A stretch of DNA of 64,000 nt, from the NCBI GenBank assembly GCA_023423715.1, contig JAFAFC010000035.1, forward strand, positions 752-64,751, read 5' to 3'. Source of the stretch: Bacteroidota bacterium. GTDB taxonomy: Bacteria; Bacteroidota; Bacteroidia; Flavobacteriales; Weeksellaceae. Below the pieces are notes generated by a model. The model had not been told where the DNA came from. It was given only the letters and a program-made list of their open reading frames with translations, and did no database searches. This document shows positions 8,795 to 18,825 of this stretch, one piece after another. Position 1 is the first letter of the stretch. Every line of letters starts with the position of its first letter. The translations under genes and the position numbers were made by a program.

Positions 8795-9521
8795 TTCCTT
8801 CGTTTTTCTATTTGGTTTTAGCGTAATTTTTGCGCAAACTACCTTGGTTGGAAAAGTCTTTTCTGTTGACGGTGATCCTGTAAACGGAGTAGAAGTGCAT
8901 AATTTGAGCAGAAAAACGATGGTGAAAACTTCTCAAGACGGGAGTTTTTCAATCGGTGTTTCTTTAAATGATGATATTCGTTTCGTGCGGAAAGGATATG
9001 AACGACTGGATTTATTGATTAATTCATCTCACTTAAATTCGGAACTCATTTTAAAACTTAAACCCTATTATATTCCTATTGAAGAAGTGAAAATTGGGTA
9101 TAAAGTCAGTGGTAATATTGCCAAAGACTCCAAGCATTTTGGCGATTCGGAAGAATTGAATGAAGCAAAAATTGAATTAGGGCAATACATTATGAAAGAG
9201 TCGGCTCCAAGCGTTATGGCAAGGCGTCCTGATCAATTTGTACAACCTGTTGGGCCTGGATTTAGTGTTGGAGCAATAAAAGATAAATGGGATGACACCT
9301 TGTTAGTTCAAGAACTTGTAAGCGCTTTAACCAAAGACTACTTTCTTAATCAATTGGAGCTGAAGGAAACTCAGATTGAAGCTTTTATTCGATATGTTTT
9401 TATTGGATTTAATCGGCGAGATATGTTAAAATACGGCTTCATATCAACTTCGGATTTAATGAGATTCGTTACGAAAGCCGATAAAGATCTTGCTGGATTT
9501 AAGAATTTTAAATTAAAGTAA
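8775..9521 (+). CDS. Secreted hypothetical protein, paralog B
   Basis: Signal peptide ...GFSVIFAQT. It shares IRFVRKGYERLDL and EVKIGYKVSGNIAKDS with paralog A and overlaps it by 20 nt. Confidence 0.6.
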   Translation: MRIHCLSSFVFLFGFSVIFAQTTLVGKVFSVDGDPVNGVEVHNLSRKTMVKTSQDGSFSIGVSLNDDIRFVRKGYERLDLLINSSHLNSELILKLKPYYIPIEEVKIGYKVSGNIAKDSKHFGDSEELNEAKIELGQYIMKESAPSVMARRPDQFVQPVGPGFSVGAIKDKWDDTLLVQELVSALTKDYFLNQLELKETQIEAFIRYVFIGFNRRDMLKYGFISTSDLMRFVTKADKDLAGFKNFKLK

Positions 9522-9684
9522 ACCGTGTTTTAATGAATAATAATCCTACTTCATATAGTGTAATTTACTGATTATTAATAGATTATTATTTAGTGTTTTT
9601 AATATGTTAAAATTATCATAAAATTTGGTACACGAATTGCATACATAATTTCGATGAAAATTATCGGAGATTCCGAAAACACAA

Positions 9685-10416
9685 ATGAATAAAAATGTAA
9701 TCATAGCGGCAATTGCTTCTCTAGGTTTCATAATTGGCCTGGCAGTTTTGGGTAGTGCTATAAAAAACAGGAACAAATCTGAAAACACCATTTCAGTTAC
9801 CGGTCTTGGTACGAAGACGTTTACTTCAGATTTAATTACTTGGTCTGGGAATTTTTCTAGAAACAGCTATGAGCTCAAAGCTGCCTACGATGCGCTTGCA
9901 AATGATCGTAAAGTCATTGAGAATTATTTGATTTCAAAAGGAATCAAAAAAGAGGAGATGGTTTTTTCTGCAGTGGACATTCAAAAGCAATTTGATTACA
10001 GTACCGATCCCAATGGCGGTAGTCGCCAAACCTTTTCTGGGTATCAATTATCACAAACCGTTTCTTTAGAAAGCAAAGATGTTGTTCGATTGGAAAATCT
10101 TTCGCGTAATATTACCGAAATGATTAACCTTGGAATTGAATTTACATCTTCGCCACCAAGCTATTTTTACACAAAATTAGCTGATGTAAAGCAACAAATG
10201 ATTGCTGATGCAACGAAAGATGCTAAAAATCGTGCCGAAAAGATTGCTGAGAACTCCGGAAGTAGCCTTGGAAATTTGAAAAACGCAACAATGGGTGTTA
10301 TTCAAATTACAGCGCCGAATTCCAATGAAGAGTTTTCGTATGGTGGAACATTCAACACGGCATCTAAAGAAAAAGAAGCACGTATTACGATTAAACTAGA
10401 ATACGAAGTCGACTAA
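9685..10416 (+). CDS. SIMPL (DUF541) domain protein
   Basis: 243 aa with an N-terminal TM helix. The layout ISVTG.G......D...W and the C-terminal ...I.I.LEYEV are typical of SIMPL/DUF541. Confidence 0.7.
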   Translation: MNKNVIIAAIASLGFIIGLAVLGSAIKNRNKSENTISVTGLGTKTFTSDLITWSGNFSRNSYELKAAYDALANDRKVIENYLISKGIKKEEMVFSAVDIQKQFDYSTDPNGGSRQTFSGYQLSQTVSLESKDVVRLENLSRNITEMINLGIEFTSSPPSYFYTKLADVKQQMIADATKDAKNRAEKIAENSGSSLGNLKNATMGVIQITAPNSNEEFSYGGTFNTASKEKEARITIKLEYEVD

Positions 10417-10928
10417 AATCGATACACAATATCGTACAATTCTTCTTTAATTAGATCGGTGTCTTCCACATTCCAAGAAGTCATTAAATACAAATTCAAC
10501 GCAGATTTTCCTGGCCCATAACTTGGCTGAACATAGTCTTTGTCCGAAACTACAAAACCATTACGTTCATAAAAAGCAATTCTACTTTTTGCTAGTTCAT
10601 CTTGGTCTTCAGGTTCGACTTCTAAAACAATCCTTGAATGTTCTTTGTTTAAATTTTGCATGACTTGGCTGCCCATATTTTGACCACGAAAATCTGGAAA
10701 AACCTCAAAATGTTCAATGTAAAGGAATTCGCTGAGGTTCCATACAACTAAATACCCTATACTTTCCCCTTCTAAACTGATCGTTTTAATAGACGCATGC
10801 GGGTTTTTGAATAATGCTAAAAACTGTTCATCACTTCGTCTTTCATTTTCAGGAAAAGCCGTAAGATATGAGTCATAAATTTTCTTGAGACGAAAATCAT
10901 CCGCGGTAAGAATTGATAAAAATTCCAT
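10413..10928 (-). CDS. GNAT-family N-acetyltransferase
   Basis: 171 aa with an acetyl-CoA motif region FEVFPDFRGQNMGSQVM (R/Q-x-x-G-x-G/A-like). Confidence 0.75.
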   Translation of the reverse strand: MEFLSILTADDFRLKKIYDSYLTAFPENERRSDEQFLALFKNPHASIKTISLEGESIGYLVVWNLSEFLYIEHFEVFPDFRGQNMGSQVMQNLNKEHSRIVLEVEPEDQDELAKSRIAFYERNGFVVSDKDYVQPSYGPGKSALNLYLMTSWNVEDTDLIKEELYDIVYRF

Positions 10929-10943
10929 CTTAAAAATAGAGTA

Positions 10944-11165
10944 TTAAAGGTCGAAAACGCTAGGTCTTCTTACAAAGAAAATGTCTTTTACCCAAAGCAA
11001 AAAGGCCATTCCTAAATAAAACAAAAAGAAAATTCCTGCTGTCGCAAAGGTTGAATAAATGAAGAAAACTCGAAGTTTGGATACCGGAATACCCAATTTG
11101 GTTCCCATTCTCGTAAGAACACCAAACCACTCTCGTTCTGCTTTATGACGGATGTTTTCTAACAT
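10944..11165 (-). CDS. PspC-domain membrane protein
   Basis: 73 aa. The WFGVLTRMGTKLGIPVSKLRVFFI segment followed by a TM helix is typical of a PspC domain. Confidence 0.7.
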   Translation of the reverse strand: MLENIRHKAEREWFGVLTRMGTKLGIPVSKLRVFFIYSTFATAGIFFLFYLGMAFLLWVKDIFFVRRPSVFDL

Positions 11166-11171
11166 AGTATA

Positions 11172-12434
11172 TCAAGATTGCATGAGCTGAAATCCTATGC
11201 TGCAAGATAGACATTTTTTGTGGGAACAAAAAGTCTTGTGTTGGTATAAAAGTGCTTGAGAATCCAGTGCGGAAGTCACAGGAATTTGGAGGTTTTTCCA
11301 AGCTGTGATGAGGTTGTTTTCTTCGGGTTTTATTTGGCGATAGATTTCCAAGATCTGTTCAATTTTTTCCTCATCTTGATTTCGGAAATAGAAATATTGA
11401 AATGGTAAAATTGTATTTAGCAAAAGGCGATCAATAAAAGCTGAACTAAGTGTTTTTGAATAGACTTTTTCAGATGCTTTTCCTAATGTGAAATGAGAAT
11501 CCCAATACGTAGTAGCGTGAATGGTTTTAAACGGAGTAACAAGTTCGGAATAGTTCGACGAATTAATTAGTTTTGAGAATAAATTTGGAATCTGATGATA
11601 CACGTTAGCCAATTGCGACAAACGAATCGGTGGAAAATTGTCCGGTCTTAGTTTTGAAAATTGAGGTTTGAATTCGTTAGGATTTAATTGAAATTTGGTT
11701 TTCAAATAGTCGTACTCGGTTTTCCAAATTCGGCTTTGCTCATCAATTGTTTCGGTTAATAAACCTGCCTTTCCAAGAAATAATGCTTCTAATTGGACAG
11801 CCGAATTTCTTGTTTTCTGAACTACTTTAAACGGAATATTTTCTGCCCAATTTTTAAATTGAAAGGCATTCACTTTCAGCCCAAAAGCGTAGGAGATGTG
11901 ATGAAAAAACACTTCTTCCAAATCGTTTTTAAGATTTTCTAAATCGCATTGAATTTGATTGGCTTTTTCATCCAATTTTTGAATAACCAACTCTTCTGAA
12001 AACTGAAACGGAATATGATTTGGCTTCAAAATGCCCTCGCACGGAATAAAAGATTGCGAATCGTCAACCTTTTGATAGCGATTAATGACATCTTCCGAAA
12101 TGTGATTTTTAAGGACTAAAGTCGGAATGTTTTTGGCATACAACTCTTCTAAACGAATATCTTCTTCGTAAACAACATGAAGGATGACATTGTCAAAATG
12201 CTCATCTCTACTATGTTTATGAAGATTCCAGTCCGAAGCTTTTATATGCAATTCGATCGGACCGCAAAATGTGATGTTGCTCAGTTTTATTTTTGCATCA
12301 AGAAAATCGGGACCCGAATTTTTGTTCCAAAATCCGTAATTCAAAACTTCAATACGATTTCCTTCTGTATCTTCAAAATTGGTATTTCTGAAAATCTTAA
12401 AATTCCATACGTATTGTAGAAGTTTCTCAGTCAC
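11172..12434 (-). CDS. DUF2851-family protein
   Basis: 420 aa. The N-terminus LLQYVWNFKIF...NSGPDFLDAKI...ELHIKASDWNLHKH...VILHVV matches my recollection of DUF2851. Confidence 0.7.
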   Translation of the reverse strand: MTEKLLQYVWNFKIFRNTNFEDTEGNRIEVLNYGFWNKNSGPDFLDAKIKLSNITFCGPIELHIKASDWNLHKHSRDEHFDNVILHVVYEEDIRLEELYAKNIPTLVLKNHISEDVINRYQKVDDSQSFIPCEGILKPNHIPFQFSEELVIQKLDEKANQIQCDLENLKNDLEEVFFHHISYAFGLKVNAFQFKNWAENIPFKVVQKTRNSAVQLEALFLGKAGLLTETIDEQSRIWKTEYDYLKTKFQLNPNEFKPQFSKLRPDNFPPIRLSQLANVYHQIPNLFSKLINSSNYSELVTPFKTIHATTYWDSHFTLGKASEKVYSKTLSSAFIDRLLLNTILPFQYFYFRNQDEEKIEQILEIYRQIKPEENNLITAWKNLQIPVTSALDSQALLYQHKTFCSHKKCLSCSIGFQLMQS

Positions 12435-13587
12435 AGTTTTTTACATGAAGTTTCTTTTCGGTAAAATCGTCAATCGTTTTTCGATACATTTCTTCATATT
12501 CTGGAAGAATGTTTTGCAAATCAAACTTAAGCGCTTGTTTTTTTGCGTTTTCACGCATCGTTGCCAAAAGATCGTCGTTACTTAGAATCTTAATCGCATA
12601 ATTGCTCATAGCTTCTACATTTCCAACTTCGGCTAGAAAACCTGTTTCGCCTTGAATATTCACTTCAGGAATTCCACCTGCATTCGAACTGACCACTGGA
12701 GTAGAGGCTGCCATCGCTTCCAAAGCTGCCAAACCAAAACTTTCTTGCTCCGAAGGAAGTAGGAAAACGTCTGACAATTCCAGAATTCGATATAGATCAT
12801 TCACTTTTCCTAAAAGCCTGATTTTGTCTATCAATTCTGGGTTTTCTTCTAAAAATTGAGTGATTTTTTCCATTTCTGGACCTTCACCAATGATAATCAG
12901 TTTGGATTTTACTTTCGCATGAACGTTTTTGAAAATTTGCAATACATCTTCAATTCGTTTTACAGGACGAAGATTGGAAACGTGAATCAGAATTTTTTCG
13001 TCAGGATTTGCAAATTGACCTCGCTGACACGTTTTATTGTTGATGAATTCCTTGTTGTCAATAAAGTTATTGATGACTTGAATGTCTTTTCTGATGTTGA
13101 AAATTTGGAGTGTATCTTTTTTCAAACTTTCGGAAACCGTTGTAATCGCATCCGATTGGTTGATGGAAAACTCAACCGCGTGTTTATAACTTGGGTGTTG
13201 TCCAACTAACGTAATATCGGTTCCGTGAAGCGTTGTTACCAACGGAATATCTTTCCCTTCGCATTTCAACATTTGCTTTGCTGTAAAAGCTGCGTAAGCG
13301 TATGGAATCGCGTAATGTGCATGCAAAAGATCGAGTTTGTATAAATTTACAACTCGATAGATCATCGATGACAATGCGATATCGTAGGGCTGATATTGAA
13401 ATAACGGATATGTCTGAACATTAACCTTATGGAAAAATATATTCGGGTTGGTAATGTCTAGGCGCGCAGGTAGATTATTAGAAATAAAATGAACTTCATA
13501 CCCTTTGTTGGCTAAAGACATTCCTAATTCCGTCGCTACAATACCACTTCCCCCGTATGTCGGATAACAAAGAATTCCGATTTTCAT
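12427..13587 (-). CDS. bshA: N-acetyl-alpha-D-glucosaminyl L-malate synthase BshA (GT4, bacillithiol synthesis)
   Basis: 386 aa. The N-terminus MKIGILCYPTYGGSGIVATELG and a C-terminal GT4 E-x7-E region (PSEQESFGLAALEAMA) fit BshA. Confidence 0.8.
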   Translation of the reverse strand: MKIGILCYPTYGGSGIVATELGMSLANKGYEVHFISNNLPARLDITNPNIFFHKVNVQTYPLFQYQPYDIALSSMIYRVVNLYKLDLLHAHYAIPYAYAAFTAKQMLKCEGKDIPLVTTLHGTDITLVGQHPSYKHAVEFSINQSDAITTVSESLKKDTLQIFNIRKDIQVINNFIDNKEFINNKTCQRGQFANPDEKILIHVSNLRPVKRIEDVLQIFKNVHAKVKSKLIIIGEGPEMEKITQFLEENPELIDKIRLLGKVNDLYRILELSDVFLLPSEQESFGLAALEAMAASTPVVSSNAGGIPEVNIQGETGFLAEVGNVEAMSNYAIKILSNDDLLATMRENAKKQALKFDLQNILPEYEEMYRKTIDDFTEKKLHVKNCD

Positions 13588-13649
13588 TGCTTTTATCTTT
13601 ATATAATTATGAGTCTAAATATACGGACAAATGAAATTTTTGTACGCGT

Positions 13650-15344
13650 TTATTTTGATTTTTTTTCTTGATCGATTCCCATTCCGTATGGAAGTTTTTC
13701 GTTAATTACCACTGGTAAACGTCCGTGAATTTTTGTTTCTCCTAAAAGCGCTCTCGCTGTTGAAATCATCGAATCATCGTTGTTTTCATACGAAACTAAT
13801 ACGGTAGAGACGGGATCAATATTGATGTCAGCCAAAGCATATGGACTTCCAAATACATTTAATATAACTTGGTTTTTCGAAGCAAGATCCGCAAGAACTT
13901 TTTTACTTTCTGCTGAAATTTTATATGGTTTGTATGCCGTAGAATTGTCTTTATGGAACCCAACGATTACTTTAGAATTTGCTGGAATGCTTCCTATTTC
14001 ATTCGCTTTTTTAACAATAAGCGTCGTCGATAGATTCATTTCCTTAATGAAAGCTTCCGATGGTGCTTCTTCCAAGGGAACGTAATAATACGTTGTTTTG
14101 CAATCCAAGGGTAACATTTTTTGGGTATCCTTCAACAGAGTAATTGCATTAGCATACATTTTTTGATTGACCATTTTGTGATCAGGTGAATTCAAATCTT
14201 CGTTAATGTTTTTAGGGTCACGATTTTCATATTTGTCTAAACCTAAATAGTATTTTGTCAAAAGAATTTTCTTTACACTTTCTTCCACTCGATTTTGGGA
14301 AATTTCTCCTTTATCAATCGCTGCTTGGATCCGTTTTTTCCCATTTGAAACTTCTTGAGAGAAAAGCATGATGTCATTTCCTGCTTTAAAAGCCAATGCG
14401 TCCAATTCTCCCGGACTGTATTTATTAGCTACGGCTCCCATATTTAGGGCGTCTGTGATAATTAAACCTTTATAACCTAATTTGTTTTTCAACAAATCGG
14501 TAATGACACTTTTCGAAACCGAAGCAGGAACGTTTTTTCCTTTCTCAATCGCTGGAACGTACAAATGTGCAACCATAATTCCGCCGATTCCTTTGTTGAT
14601 TAAGTTTTTGAAAGGTGCTAATTCTACTTCTTCTAATCTTTTTTTGTTATGGCTAACTACGGGAATATCGTAATGAGAATCAACATCTGTGTCACCATGA
14701 CCTGGGAAATGCTTGATCGCCGCCAGAATTTTATTGTTTTGTAAACCGTTAGAATAGGCTAGGGCAGATTGTGTCACATTATTTACATCCGAACCAAAAC
14801 TACGATTTCCGATAATTGGATTCTTTGGATTGGTATTTACATCAACCACAGGTGCGAAATCCCAGTTGATTCCCATTCTTTTACTATCTTTTGCGATAAG
14901 CGCCGACATTTCAGTAATCAATGATTTATCTTGAATTGCTCCAAGTGTTATTGCCCAAGGAAGCTTGTAAGCTGTATTAATTCTTTGGAATAATCCCCAT
15001 TCAGCATCCATTCCAACTAATAAAGGAACTTTTGATTTGGCTTGAAACTCATTTAGCAGTTCAATTTCTCGCGCGGCATCGTCTTGCATTAAAATTAAAC
15101 CTCCGATTTTATCTTGTACAACAATGTTTCTGATGTTGTTAATGAAGTCTTCACCTTTGTTGGTATATAAAGCAACAATGAATAATTGACCTAATTTTTC
15201 ATCTTGTGAAAGATTTTTATACGTTGTATTTACCCATTGTTCCGCCTTTTGTTGGTCTGCTTTTGAGTAATTTTGAGGGATATATTGTGCGTTTAAGTTG
15301 GCTAAACCTAGCATACAGCCTATAATTCCGATGAATACTTTCAT
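13650..15344 (-). CDS. Glycoside hydrolase family 3 (NagZ-like beta-N-acetylhexosaminidase) with a C-terminal extension
   Basis: 564 aa with a signal peptide and the KHFPGHGDTDVDSH motif characteristic of GH3 NagZ-type enzymes. Confidence 0.85.
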   Translation of the reverse strand: MKVFIGIIGCMLGLANLNAQYIPQNYSKADQQKAEQWVNTTYKNLSQDEKLGQLFIVALYTNKGEDFINNIRNIVVQDKIGGLILMQDDAAREIELLNEFQAKSKVPLLVGMDAEWGLFQRINTAYKLPWAITLGAIQDKSLITEMSALIAKDSKRMGINWDFAPVVDVNTNPKNPIIGNRSFGSDVNNVTQSALAYSNGLQNNKILAAIKHFPGHGDTDVDSHYDIPVVSHNKKRLEEVELAPFKNLINKGIGGIMVAHLYVPAIEKGKNVPASVSKSVITDLLKNKLGYKGLIITDALNMGAVANKYSPGELDALAFKAGNDIMLFSQEVSNGKKRIQAAIDKGEISQNRVEESVKKILLTKYYLGLDKYENRDPKNINEDLNSPDHKMVNQKMYANAITLLKDTQKMLPLDCKTTYYYVPLEEAPSEAFIKEMNLSTTLIVKKANEIGSIPANSKVIVGFHKDNSTAYKPYKISAESKKVLADLASKNQVILNVFGSPYALADINIDPVSTVLVSYENNDDSMISTARALLGETKIHGRLPVVINEKLPYGMGIDQEKKSK

Positions 15345-15479
15345 TTTCCTGTTGAATAATGTATTTTAGCAAATGTACAAATTTAACACTTGATGATTTC
15401 TATAATCTAAAAAAGTGGTATATCATTTGGTAGTACAATTAAAAACAAACTTAGTATAAACAATTAAAACGAAAATAAA

Positions 15480-16007
15480 ATGAAAAAGTATGTAAGTTTA
15501 TTCCTTTTGGGTCTTTTCAGTTTGGTTCTTTGGAGCTGCTCTAACGATGATAACAACAACGGTGGAGATGGAGATACCTATTCTGTTGTGTATGATATAA
15601 CAGATTCTTTCGTCGTGAATTCCGACGGTAGTACAAAAACAATTGGTGGTACTTTTGGGAATTTAATCCCAACTACGGATGTTGTTTTGGTTTACAGACA
15701 ACAAGGTGTTGATAATGGTAATCCAGTGTGGAGACAGTTACCAATCACGTATTATTTGAACGAAGGTGAATTGGATTATACATTCGATTTTACAAGAGCT
15801 GATGTTCAGATTTATGTTGATGGAACAATGGATTTCCGTACACAAAACTCAAACTTTGTAGGTTCATATTTGAACAACCAAAAATTCAGAGTTGTTATTG
15901 TTCCAGCTTCTGCAGGAGCTAAAAACGCAAAAGTAGATTACAGCGATTATAACAGTGTAATTAAACATTTTAACATTGATGATTCTCATCCAAAAGTGTT
16001 GAAATAA
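15480..16007 (+). CDS. Lipoprotein of unknown function
   Basis: A lipobox (LVLWSC) is followed by an Asn/Asp/Gly-rich linker. Confidence 0.6.
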   Translation: MKKYVSLFLLGLFSLVLWSCSNDDNNNGGDGDTYSVVYDITDSFVVNSDGSTKTIGGTFGNLIPTTDVVLVYRQQGVDNGNPVWRQLPITYYLNEGELDYTFDFTRADVQIYVDGTMDFRTQNSNFVGSYLNNQKFRVVIVPASAGAKNAKVDYSDYNSVIKHFNIDDSHPKVLK

Positions 16008-16024
16008 TATATCTTAATACTAAC

Positions 16025-16058
16025 AAAATCCCAATTTCTTCGGAAGTTGGGATTTTTT
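16025..16058 (+). terminator. Rho-independent terminator
   Basis: Stem AAAATCCCAA/TTGGGATTTT followed by a T-run. Confidence 0.65.
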
Positions 16059-16117
16059 ATTTCTGTAAATGAAACCAAGATTTGTTTTGTAACTTTGTCT
16101 TTTAATAGGTTAAAATT

Positions 16118-16825
16118 ATGAGTGTACACATCAGTGCAAAAAAAGGAGAAATAGCGAAAGTTGTTTTGCAACCAGGAGATCCGTTGCGAGCTCAATATAT
16201 TGCTGAGAATTATTTGGAAAACGCAAAGTTAGTAAGCAAGACGAGAAACATTTTTTTCTATACAGGAACGTATAAAGGAAAAGAAATTACCGTTGGTGCA
16301 AGTGGAATGGGATGTCCAAGCATCGGGATTTATTCTTTTGAGTTATATACGGAATATGAAGTTGATACCATTATCCGAATCGGGACTTGCGGTGCGTACA
16401 CAACAGATTTAAACTTATTTGATATTTTAAATGTTGAAAACTCTGCGAGTGAAAGTACCTATGCAAAATATGCGTGGGAAATTGAAGATGATTTAATTTC
16501 GCATCAAGGAAATACATTTGATTTAATTAATTCTACAGGTGCTGAAATGGGATTGGAAATTAAGCCAACCAACATTCATACAAGTGATATTTTTTATAGA
16601 AAAGATCCTAATATTCCAGAAGTTGCTCAAAAATACAATTGTTCTGCTGTGGAAATGGAAGCTTTTGCTTTGTATGCTAATGCCAAGCATTTAGGGAAGA
16701 ATGCGGCGACCATTTTAACCGTTTCGGATATTATTCCAACGGGTGATCAAATTTCTGCAGATCAGCGTGAAAAAGCGTTGCGAACAATGATGGAGCTTTC
16801 CTTAGAAACAGCCGTTAAAATCTAA
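16118..16825 (+). CDS. deoD: Purine nucleoside phosphorylase, DeoD type
   Basis: 235 aa. The motifs HISAKKGEIAKVVLQPGDPLRA, GMGCPSIGIY and SAVEMEAFAL are typical of the PNP_UDP_1 DeoD family. Confidence 0.85.
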   Translation: MSVHISAKKGEIAKVVLQPGDPLRAQYIAENYLENAKLVSKTRNIFFYTGTYKGKEITVGASGMGCPSIGIYSFELYTEYEVDTIIRIGTCGAYTTDLNLFDILNVENSASESTYAKYAWEIEDDLISHQGNTFDLINSTGAEMGLEIKPTNIHTSDIFYRKDPNIPEVAQKYNCSAVEMEAFALYANAKHLGKNAATILTVSDIIPTGDQISADQREKALRTMMELSLETAVKI

Positions 16826-16848
16826 GTTGATTTGGATTGAATTTATAC

Positions 16849-16881
16849 AAAAAGGTCAGGGATATTTTCCTGACCTTTTTT
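16849..16881. terminator. Bidirectional rho-independent terminator
   Basis: Layout is A5-GGTCAGG-loop-CCTGACC-T6, between convergent deoD and ribA. Confidence 0.7.
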
Positions 16882-16882
16882 A

Positions 16883-17488
16883 CTATTCTTGTGATTTTTT
16901 TTCGTCATCCAAAAGATGTCCGAAATATTCTTTTTTCGTTTTCAAATAGCCTTCACTATTTTCGTTTGCTGCAATCTGAAGTGGAACTCGATGGTTTAAT
17001 TTGATACTGCTTTCTTCAACCGCTTTGATCTTTTCTGGATTGTTCGTTAAAAGATTAATTTCTTGTACGCCCAATTCTTTTAAAATGTCAATAGCCACAC
17101 TGAAATTACGATCATCAGCAGGCAACCCAAGTTGAAGATTTGCTTGTACCGTATCCAACCCTTTTTCTTGCAAAGCATAGGCTTTCAGCTTATTGATAAT
17201 ACCAATATTTCTTCCTTCCTGACGCAGATAAACGATGATTCCGCCATGTTCTTGCATGTATTTCATTGCGGTTTCCAATTGCTGTCCACATTCGCATTTT
17301 TTCGAATGAAAAACTTCACCCGTTAAACATTCCGAATGAAAGCGAACATTAACAGGTTTCGAAAAATCTGTATTCTCAGCAACTAAAGCCACTTGCGGTG
17401 TCCAGTCGTTTTCGTTTTCGGAGAAAGCAATCATCTTAAAAGTCCCGTAATCCGTGGGAACATTAGATTCGGCTTGTCTTTTTACCAT
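16883..17488 (-). CDS. ribA: GTP cyclohydrolase II
   Basis: 201 aa with the Zn-binding pattern HSECLTGEVFHSKKCECG and the YLRQEGRNIG motif. Confidence 0.9.
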   Translation of the reverse strand: MVKRQAESNVPTDYGTFKMIAFSENENDWTPQVALVAENTDFSKPVNVRFHSECLTGEVFHSKKCECGQQLETAMKYMQEHGGIIVYLRQEGRNIGIINKLKAYALQEKGLDTVQANLQLGLPADDRNFSVAIDILKELGVQEINLLTNNPEKIKAVEESSIKLNHRVPLQIAANENSEGYLKTKKEYFGHLLDDEKKSQE

Positions 17489-17504
17489 AAAATTAGAAAG
17501 GTAA

Positions 17505-17978
17505 TTATTGTTGGATAGAAATAGATTCTGAGCTGTTGTTAATGCTCTCTAATTTGGCTATATTACTTTTAATACGTACCAAATAGCGATTGATAACATT
17601 GTCGTCATCCGAATTTAAGAAATTTCTAAGTTTCTGAATTTTCTTATAAGAACGTTCAACACGATCCAAGGCTTGCGCTTTTTCATCGATATTGTACACT
17701 TGAAGTGCATACACGTAATCCTTTATATATTTTTTCAAAACGGCAACTTCCTCATTTACAGCAGAATTTTTAAATTTGGGAAATGTAGACATTTGGTTTG
17801 TTAACTCTGATGAATAAAAAACCACATCGGATTTTTCCTTAAAATTTCGGTTTAGAGGTGTTGCTGAATTTAAAGAACTAAGATTCCCACCCACCGGAGA
17901 AAACGTAATTTTCTCTGTTGAGCAGGAAGCTAGACTTGTTAGTATAATGATTAAATATATATAAGGTCTCATTATCAT
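17505..17978 (-). CDS. Lipoprotein of unknown function
   Basis: Lipobox LTSLASC. Its start overlaps the upstream gene's stop by 4 nt (ATGA). Confidence 0.55.
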   Translation of the reverse strand: MIMRPYIYLIIILTSLASCSTEKITFSPVGGNLSSLNSATPLNRNFKEKSDVVFYSSELTNQMSTFPKFKNSAVNEEVAVLKKYIKDYVYALQVYNIDEKAQALDRVERSYKKIQKLRNFLNSDDDNVINRYLVRIKSNIAKLESINNSSESISIQQ

Positions 17979-18586
17979 TTGTTCTTTTGATACAAAATCG
18001 GATTGAGGCTTTCGTCATTATACATTTTCATCTGTTTGTATAATTTCATTTTCACCGTACCGTTTTCTATATCTTGTAACAAATGATCAATTGAAGTTGT
18101 TAAATCTTGGTGTTGTTCTTCCAAAACATTTAGTTTTGTCTGACACTTCAATCGATGATCTTCAGAGGCACTTTCGCGATTTGCTTCTAATGCCATGTGA
18201 TATATTTTTAATGCTAAAATAGATAACCTATCCACTGCCCAAGCAGGTGTTTCGGTATTGATTTTTGCATCATCATTTGGTTGTACATCTTTAAAATTTA
18301 CGAAAAACCAATTGTCGATATACTCAACAAGATCGGTTCTTTTTTGGTTGGAAGCGTCTATCCTTCTTTTGATTTTCAGCGCCTCTTTAGGGGAGATGTT
18401 TTCATCCCTGATTATGTCTTCCAAATGCCATTGAACGGTATCAATCCAGTTTTTACCATACAAAAGCCATTCCAAACTGTTTTTTTCGTAAGGGTTGTTT
18501 TCCGTATCATCTACGTCATCATGAACATGATAGTCTTTAATTGATTGATTAAAGATTTCCCACGCTTTTTCCGAAAAGTTGGTCAT
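17975..18586 (-). CDS. DUF4254-like protein
   Basis: 203 aa, soluble. The WIDTVQWHLEDIIRD block matches my recollection of DUF4254. Confidence 0.5.
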   Translation of the reverse strand: MTNFSEKAWEIFNQSIKDYHVHDDVDDTENNPYEKNSLEWLLYGKNWIDTVQWHLEDIIRDENISPKEALKIKRRIDASNQKRTDLVEYIDNWFFVNFKDVQPNDDAKINTETPAWAVDRLSILALKIYHMALEANRESASEDHRLKCQTKLNVLEEQHQDLTTSIDHLLQDIENGTVKMKLYKQMKMYNDESLNPILYQKNK

Positions 18587-18589
18587 TTC

Positions 18590-18796
18590 TTAAGGATTTG
18601 TCGAGTTGGTGTTTGAAGTGTTGTTTTCAGCCGGCTTTTTTTCATCCTCTTTAACAGCATCTTTAAATTCCTTAATTCCAGATCCCATTCCGCGCATTAG
18701 TTCTGGTATTTTTTTACCTCCGAAAAGAAGGATAACAACCAATAAAACTATTAAAACATGCGTCCAAGAAAGTGCTAGTATTGTTAATGTTTCCAT
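18590..18796 (-). CDS. tatA: Twin-arginine translocase subunit TatA/E
   Basis: 68 aa with a single TM helix followed by the amphipathic segment [20 protein letters not shown]. Confidence 0.85.
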   Translation of the reverse strand: METLTILALSWTHVLIVLLVVILLFGGKKIPELMRGMGSGIKEFKDAVKEDEKKPAENNTSNTNSTNP

Positions 18797-18825
18797 TTTA
18801 AATTTTTTACAAAGATATTAAATTT

